Below, one piece after another: positions 26,601-32,000 of a stretch of DNA of 32,000 bases. How positions within the stretch are numbered: the stretch's first letter is position 1; each line of letters opens with the position of its first letter. The DNA lies in NCBI RefSeq assembly GCF_036323395.1, contig NZ_AP028907.1, positions 150,001-182,000 of the forward strand, read 5' to 3'. Source of the DNA: Pyrodictium abyssi (GTDB lineage: Archaea > Thermoproteota > Thermoprotei_A > Sulfolobales > Pyrodictiaceae). The notes beneath the pieces are model-generated. The model saw nothing but the letters and a program-made list of their open reading frames with translations, was not told where the DNA came from and did no database searches. A program made the position numbers and the translations under genes.

Positions 26601-29356
26601 TTCTTTGTGCCCCCTTCGAGGAAGCTACGCAGTGTAGATAATACCGACTCAAGTACCTCTTCGACGGATGTACTTGGAGCTAGCATGTTTATGTATGTTG
26701 GTTTACCTCCTCCACGGAAGCCTCTGGAATTTAGCTGCCTTGCTACTTCGCGTAGATTCACTCTACTAGACGCTTTTGACCCAGCACCTATTTCTACTAC
26801 TATACCTTGTTCGATCGGTATCAGAGCTATTGTTATACTTTCTGGATCCTCTTTACTTATCTGTCTGGCTATTTCCTGGTAGAGATCGCGGAGCGGAAGC
26901 TCTTCCCTAATTACGTAGACGCGTAGACCCCCTATCACTAGCGGCTCCTTTCTAAGCGTCTCAATTACTTGCTTAACTACGTGCTTAGCGAGCCTGTTGA
27001 GATTCTGGCGAGCCGAGTTATAGTCGCGTACAAGCTTCTCTACACGCTTCTCAATGTCCGCCGAGCCACCGCCAACGATACGGGCTATACTGTTGATGCG
27101 CTTCTCCAGCGTAGAGGCGTAGCGGGCTACTTCGCTTCCTGCTACTAATTCTAAGCGTATAACACCGTCCTGTAGCTTCTCGACCTTGGTTATCTTTACC
27201 GAGCCTATTTCGGCTGTATTAGCTACATGTGTGCCAAAGCACGCTTCTACATCCCAGTCTCCTATCCTCACTACGCGCAGCTTAGGCGTCAGCGGGACAC
27301 CGCCCTGGTAGAGCCGGAAACCATAGAGCTTCTCAGCCTCATTCCTATCCATAATTCTAGTTTCCACTGGTATGCGCTCAAGTATAGCCCGATTAGCTAG
27401 CTCCTCTATCTTCTGGATCTCCTCGGCGCTAGGAGTCTCGTAATGAGTTATGTCTAGGCGTGCTTTCTCCGGCGTCTTCTCGGCGCCAGCCTGCCACACG
27501 TGGTTTCCGAGCACCCTCCTAGCAGCTCCGAGAACCACGTGCACACCAGTATGGTGTCTCATAAGGCGGTAGCGCCGCTCCCAGTCTATCCTGCCTTTAG
27601 CCTCGGAACAGCTCTTATCGGGCTCACGGTCGAGTACGTGGACTATTACGTCTCCTACCTTCTCTACGCGTTTTACCCGGTACTCTTCGCCGCAGAGAAC
27701 AACGACGCCAGTATCGTGCAGCTGGCCACCGCCAGTCGGGTAGAAGGCTGTACGGTCCAGCACGAGGTAGACGCCTTTTACGCCGAGGACCTTCGCGCTA
27801 AACTCCCGGAGATATGGGTCCTTGTGGAATAGCCTCTCCGTCTCGGGGAAGCCACGGAGCCACTCTACGATGTCCTGCGGCAAGCTGGGGTGCTCAGCAT
27901 GCCTCGCTATACCCCCGCTAGCACCATGGCGCTGAGCTACTATGGCGTAGAAGTTGTGCGGCACCTCAACCTTTACGCCTAGCTTAGCAGCAGCCTCGGC
28001 AACCATATCCGGCGGCAGTCCATGCGAGTCGTAGAGCACTATAAGGTCGTCTAGCGCTAGACTCCTCTTACGCCTAAGCAACCGGTTGACTTCGCGGAGG
28101 CCTCTCTCCAGGCTCTTCTTGTAGCGCTCCTCTTCTAGCCTAGTAACTCTCAGTATGTAGTCCATGTTTTCCAGCATCTGTGGGTAGTAGTCACTACCCC
28201 AGAACCGTGCCTGCTTTTCAACAAGCTCTACTAGGCTTATATCGCTACCAAGCCTCCTGATTAAACGTATAGCCCGGCGTATGACTAGCCGCGCTAGATA
28301 GCCTTCACCCGTGTTACTCGGCACAATACCGTCAGCAAGCATCAGGGCTATGGTCTTACTATGATCCAGGAGCGCGTAGACAGCTGCTACGCGCCGAAGT
28401 ACCTCCTCTGCTTCCCGTGGATCCAGGCCAACATCACGAGCAGCACGTTCGTAAAAGCTCTTTATGCTCGCCGGGTCCTCCGGGTCTAGTCTACCCGCGT
28501 CACGTGCTGCCGCCCACAGCAGGTTACGGGGTGCAGGCTCCACCCCTAGGAGACGGTGGAACTCGTCGAGTAGGCTACCGTATATGGCGTGGAAAGCTGT
28601 TGGAACCTTCTGGGTAAACCAGGCAATCCTCTCAATACCGTAGCCTGTGTCTACAACCTTTAGAGGTATAGGCTCATAGCCGCCGTCTACTATACGGTAC
28701 TGCATAAACACGAGAGTAGCTAGCTCAAGCCCCCCGATGGTTACCTCGAAGCTCGGGCCAGCGTTGCCACCGCCCTCCCACCAAGACTCCTTGAACGTCA
28801 CATGCTCCGGTGGCACGCCAAGCTCCTCGGTAAAGAACTCGAAGGCGAGTCTTACCGTCTCCTCCTTCCAGTAGACGTGTTTATCTGGATAGTTAAAGGC
28901 GTGGTGACCACCCATCTCGAAGCTTGTGAGGTGACGGCCAAGGGTTAAGCCAACATAGTCTATGTCTTCAAGCCTTATACTAGGCTGAACTATCACAAGA
29001 GGGTTTGCAGGCGGAGGCACTAGACCACTAGTCACATGTGGCTGGAAGACTACTATGCTAGCTATAGTTAAGTAGAGGTCTTCCCTCCATCGAGCTACAA
29101 CCGGCCTTGGCTCGATTACCTCGTGCTCATTCTTCTCGAAGAACCTGATGAACTTCCTCCTGGCCTCAGCCACGCTAAGGTTACTCGCCTTCTTCGGTAT
29201 GCTCCAAAAGTAGTACTCCACACACGGAGCATCATTACAGTGCTCCTGCTCGGGGTTAAGTGTCCAGAAATACTCCCCACCAACACTACACTTGCGCCTA
29301 GTGAAGCCCTTCTCGCGGAAGAACTCCAGCCGGTACTCCTTCGGGTCAACCTGCAT
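26597..29356 (-). CDS. alaS: Alanyl-tRNA synthetase
   Basis: The ORF is 919 aa. The archaeal AlaRS N-terminal catalytic core includes ...FTRRKCSVGGEYFWT...WWEGGGNAGPSFEV. The editing-domain motifs are HTGVHVV...H and CFGTHV. Confidence 0.97.
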   Translation of the reverse strand: MQVDPKEYRLEFFREKGFTRRKCSVGGEYFWTLNPEQEHCNDAPCVEYYFWSIPKKASNLSVAEARRKFIRFFEKNEHEVIEPRPVVARWREDLYLTIASIVVFQPHVTSGLVPPPANPLVIVQPSIRLEDIDYVGLTLGRHLTSFEMGGHHAFNYPDKHVYWKEETVRLAFEFFTEELGVPPEHVTFKESWWEGGGNAGPSFEVTIGGLELATLVFMQYRIVDGGYEPIPLKVVDTGYGIERIAWFTQKVPTAFHAIYGSLLDEFHRLLGVEPAPRNLLWAAARDAGRLDPEDPASIKSFYERAARDVGLDPREAEEVLRRVAAVYALLDHSKTIALMLADGIVPSNTGEGYLARLVIRRAIRLIRRLGSDISLVELVEKQARFWGSDYYPQMLENMDYILRVTRLEEERYKKSLERGLREVNRLLRRKRSLALDDLIVLYDSHGLPPDMVAEAAAKLGVKVEVPHNFYAIVAQRHGASGGIARHAEHPSLPQDIVEWLRGFPETERLFHKDPYLREFSAKVLGVKGVYLVLDRTAFYPTGGGQLHDTGVVVLCGEEYRVKRVEKVGDVIVHVLDREPDKSCSEAKGRIDWERRYRLMRHHTGVHVVLGAARRVLGNHVWQAGAEKTPEKARLDITHYETPSAEEIQKIEELANRAILERIPVETRIMDRNEAEKLYGFRLYQGGVPLTPKLRVVRIGDWDVEACFGTHVANTAEIGSVKITKVEKLQDGVIRLELVAGSEVARYASTLEKRINSIARIVGGGSADIEKRVEKLVRDYNSARQNLNRLAKHVVKQVIETLRKEPLVIGGLRVYVIREELPLRDLYQEIARQISKEDPESITIALIPIEQGIVVEIGAGSKASSRVNLREVARQLNSRGFRGGGKPTYINMLAPSTSVEEVLESVLSTLRSFLEGGTKK

Positions 29357-29571
29357 TACAGCCAGACCCCGGACTAGGGAGGCCCAAAGACAACAGCTAT
29401 TTAGAAGTTACAAGGCAGAAGCCCGCCAAGCATAGAAGACGAGGCTATACAAACCGGTTCAATAAACTAGCCTAGAACCGCCGAGACAAGTTATGGCAGG
29501 GGTGGGGCATGGACACCCCCACTGGGCAACTGATACGACGAAGCTGCGAAGAAACTATCCAGAAACCCGTA

Positions 29572-30606
29572 TTAGAAGCCGAAGAGGCTCTCTAGGCCGG
29601 CCGCTAGCTGCTCCTCGCTTACCTCCTCCTTCTTCTCCTCAGTCTCCTCTTCTTCTTCCTCCTTCTTCTCCTCCGCTGGCGCTGCAGCGGCCGCGGGGGC
29701 TGCTACCTGTATGTCTATGCCTAGCTCTTTAGCCGTGTCTCCGAGAGCTGCCACTACTGCTAGAGCCCTTGCCACAGCCAGGCCGATCACGTACTCCGCG
29801 TTATCTGGTGTCACATAGCCAGCCTCGGCTGCTACTGCTAGTGCACGCCTCACAGCCATCGGTATGGCGATCTCAAGTACCTGTGGCTCTGGATAGGCTA
29901 TCTCAACGCCCACCATCAGCGCTGTTAGATGGGCCTGCGCGACATCGCGGCGGTAAGCCTCAAGGTCTAGTATCAGCTTGTCTGCAGGTATTACAACACC
30001 GTCCTCGTAAGCAGCCTTCACCTTAAGCTTGACTATTATGGGTTCTATGCCTAGCTTCTGGAGTATAGAGGCCAGTTCAGGCGATATCTCGTCGCCCGGC
30101 TTAGCTACCTTCGTGTCCTTGGCTATCCATATACTGCCGCCCTGTACGCGTATTGGTACACGTAGCTTACCGAAGACGCTCATTATCGGGCCAGGCTTGA
30201 AGCCGGTATCGCCCGCAGGCAGCACTATCTCTGTGGGAGCTATGTCGCCTGGCTTAGCGGGCTTGGTTGCATATATCTTCTCAAGGGCGAGAGCGAGCTC
30301 AAAGGGGTTGAGGTTTGTGAATATGAACATGTTAGTACCGGTCAGGTAGGGCTCAAGGGGGGAAGGATCTACACCAGCCTTCTTGAGTGCTAGCTTGAAT
30401 AGCGTGTTCTTAGCTACTCTAAGCACTACCTTGTCGCCGAACTTGCGCTCGATTTTCCTGCGTATACGCTGGAGCTGGGCTGTTGGCGTCTTAGAGAGGT
30501 CCACTATTGCTACTACCCGGTAGTTCTTGGCTAGCTCTGCTAGCTCTTCTACTTCCTTGATCTTCCACTCCGGTATACGCCGCGCGCGGGCCTGTACGAC
30601 ACTCAT
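29572..30606 (-). CDS. rplP0: 50S ribosomal stalk protein P0 (uL10)
   Basis: The sequence is MSVVQARARRIPEWKIKEVEELAEL...VVLRVAKNTLF..., with an acidic C-terminal tail EEKKEEEEEETEEKKEEVSEEQLAAGLESLFGF. GGAGGTG lies 9 nt upstream of ATG 30606, whereas the tracked start is GTG 30618. Confidence 0.95.
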   Translation of the reverse strand: MSVVQARARRIPEWKIKEVEELAELAKNYRVVAIVDLSKTPTAQLQRIRRKIERKFGDKVVLRVAKNTLFKLALKKAGVDPSPLEPYLTGTNMFIFTNLNPFELALALEKIYATKPAKPGDIAPTEIVLPAGDTGFKPGPIMSVFGKLRVPIRVQGGSIWIAKDTKVAKPGDEISPELASILQKLGIEPIIVKLKVKAAYEDGVVIPADKLILDLEAYRRDVAQAHLTALMVGVEIAYPEPQVLEIAIPMAVRRALAVAAEAGYVTPDNAEYVIGLAVARALAVVAALGDTAKELGIDIQVAAPAAAAAPAEEKKEEEEEETEEKKEEVSEEQLAAGLESLFGF

Positions 30607-30687
30607 CTTGTGATACACCTCCGACCCTGGAGCATATAACAGCCTGAGGCAATGAAAGAGACCGAGACACGTTTAGCAACACGTAGC

Positions 30688-31350
30688 CTAGCGCAGCATA
30701 ACCTCCACTGGTGGGCCCATTGTTGTCTTGACTATTACCCTGGCTATGTTGTTCCTGGCGTTTGGCAGCTTGCCCTCAAGAGTGTTGAGCACCTTGTATA
30801 TGTTCTCGACTATCTCCTCCACCTTCATATCCTCTGTGCCAACGCTGCACATCACTTGCGGCTGGTCCTTCATCCTAAGCATTACCGCAGAGCGGTACCT
30901 CTTAACGAAGTCAACTATATTGGCGTTCGGCGGGACTGGTATGGGCACCTTGCCACGCGGACCTAGCGCGGGCGCTAGAGTCCTACCTACAAGGGGCATT
31001 AGGTCTGTACGTACCAGTACCCAGTCACAGAACTCTGCTATCTTCTTTGCAGCCTTACGGTTGCCTACAAGCCCTTGTAGCTCCTCCTTAGTCAGGACGC
31101 GGTCAGCTACCTCACGAGCCTTAACGGCCATGTCGCCGTCGGCTGCTACGCATATAGTCACCTTCCGGTTGGGCTGATGTGGCAGGAATACTACCTCTCT
31201 TATACGTCCCTGCGGGCTCTTAAGGTCAACATCGCGCATTACTACTATGAGGTCTACTGACTGCCTAAAGTTACGCCGCGGGCTGGCCTCTATGGCCTCT
31301 CTTACTGCCTTCTCTACCGCATCACGGGGCACAAATGACACTCTCGCCAC
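30688..31350 (-). CDS. rpl1: 50S ribosomal protein L1 (uL1)
   Basis: The ORF is 220 aa. The sequence ...RRNFRQSVDLIVVMRDVDLK...GRTLAPALGPRGKVPIPVPPNANI...VMLRMKDQPQVMCSVGTEDM is uL1. GTG 31341 is a possible alternative start, with GGGGTGG 5 nt upstream. Confidence 0.95.
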   Translation of the reverse strand: MARVSFVPRDAVEKAVREAIEASPRRNFRQSVDLIVVMRDVDLKSPQGRIREVVFLPHQPNRKVTICVAADGDMAVKAREVADRVLTKEELQGLVGNRKAAKKIAEFCDWVLVRTDLMPLVGRTLAPALGPRGKVPIPVPPNANIVDFVKRYRSAVMLRMKDQPQVMCSVGTEDMKVEEIVENIYKVLNTLEGKLPNARNNIARVIVKTTMGPPVEVMLR

Positions 31351-31383
31351 CCCGGGCAGCCTGACTTAGCGGGGGAAGGGGGT

Positions 31384-31893
31384 CTAAGCCTTCTCCCACT
31401 CCTCTTCGTACTTCGAAAGCACTGCGTCGTAGACGCCTTCCTCCACCTCTCTCGTTACCTGCTTAGGATCCTTACCATCAACTGTTATACCTATACTCCT
31501 AGCAGAGCCTAGAATGGTCTTAACAGCCGCCTTCAGTGTCTTCGCTGTCAGACCCGGCTTCTTCATTATCGCTATCTCGACTATCTTTTCGAACGGTAGG
31601 TCCCCTATCTTCTGGTGTATCGGGTCACCAGACGGCTCCTTAGCGCCGACGGCTTTCAGCAGCAACTCTGTGGTCGTTGGTGGCTTAACCTCTATCTCGT
31701 ACTCCTTGGTGTCCTCGTCGACTATTATCTTAACCTGTACCTCGAAGCCCTTGTACCTAGCAGTAACCTTGTTAATCTCCTCGACTACCTTGTTTACGTC
31801 CAGCCCTACTTTCTTCAGTGAGTCGCTTAGAGGCGGGGCAGGAGAAGCCTCGCCCCCCTTAACCTTGACGTTGATGACTCTAATCGTGCCCAT
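31384..31893 (-). CDS. rpl11: 50S ribosomal protein L11 (uL11)
   Basis: The ORF is 169 aa. The sequence ...[32 protein letters not shown]...KEPSGDP...[13 protein letters not shown] is uL11. It is first in the L11-L1-P0 order. Confidence 0.95.
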   Translation of the reverse strand: MGTIRVINVKVKGGEASPAPPLSDSLKKVGLDVNKVVEEINKVTARYKGFEVQVKIIVDEDTKEYEIEVKPPTTTELLLKAVGAKEPSGDPIHQKIGDLPFEKIVEIAIMKKPGLTAKTLKAAVKTILGSARSIGITVDGKDPKQVTREVEEGVYDAVLSKYEEEWEKA

Positions 31894-32000
31894 TGCTAGC
31901 TCCCTCGCTCCCTAGCGGGCCTCACCGAGTCACCTGGTACCGTGATTTGAAGGGGGTACTCAACCTCTAGCACATTTAAAACTACCTCATTCCTACCCGG

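Overview
The window is an archaeal chromosomal segment. A single unsplit rpoB next to split rpoA1/rpoA2, very GC-rich tRNAs that all encode CCA, tRNA introns, and the absence of EF-2 between rps7 and tuf point to a hyperthermophilic crenarchaeon, possibly Desulfurococcales-like; that taxonomic call is inference. Nearly everything is conserved information-processing machinery, mostly on the minus strand. Read from high to low coordinates, the gene order is as follows:
- rpl11-rpl1-rplP0.
- alaS, translationally coupled to a DUF434/NYN-like ORF that runs into tRNA-Arg.
- A small tRNA island (Met, Gln, Pro, all three with introns) holding two small plus-strand ORFs.
- A short TFB-like Zn-ribbon protein.
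- Two proteasome beta paralogs, endonuclease V and G1P dehydrogenase.
- aCPSF1/FttA and a PUA protein.
- LSm-rpl37e-rpoH-rpoB-rpoA1-rpoA2-rpl30e-nusA-rps12.
- An opposite-strand BFN/DUF151 gene.
- rps7, tuf, rps10 and tRNA-Ser.
- An apparently disrupted ferritin-like gene, then a membrane-bound NarI/HdrD-like Fe-S oxidoreductase.

I saw no CRISPR array, integrase, transposase or recognisable defence system. The observations most worth follow-up are:
1. Perfect 12-bp GC-rich leader/trailer inverted repeats bracket tRNA-Gln and tRNA-Arg.
2. The alaS / YacP-like NYN ORF / tRNA-Arg unit has a GTGA start-stop overlap, and the CDS stop codon lies inside the tRNA.
3. The Hdr-like membrane protein has a signal-peptide-like N-terminus followed by a CxxCH haem-c motif.
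4. A ferritin-like gene is broken by one in-frame TAA and a 1-nt frameshift.
5. A truncated TFB paralog is present.
6. One proteasome beta paralog lacks the Thr1 nucleophile.
7. A roughly 600-nt AT-richer spacer is unexplained.

All functional calls rest on motif recognition by eye. No database search was possible.
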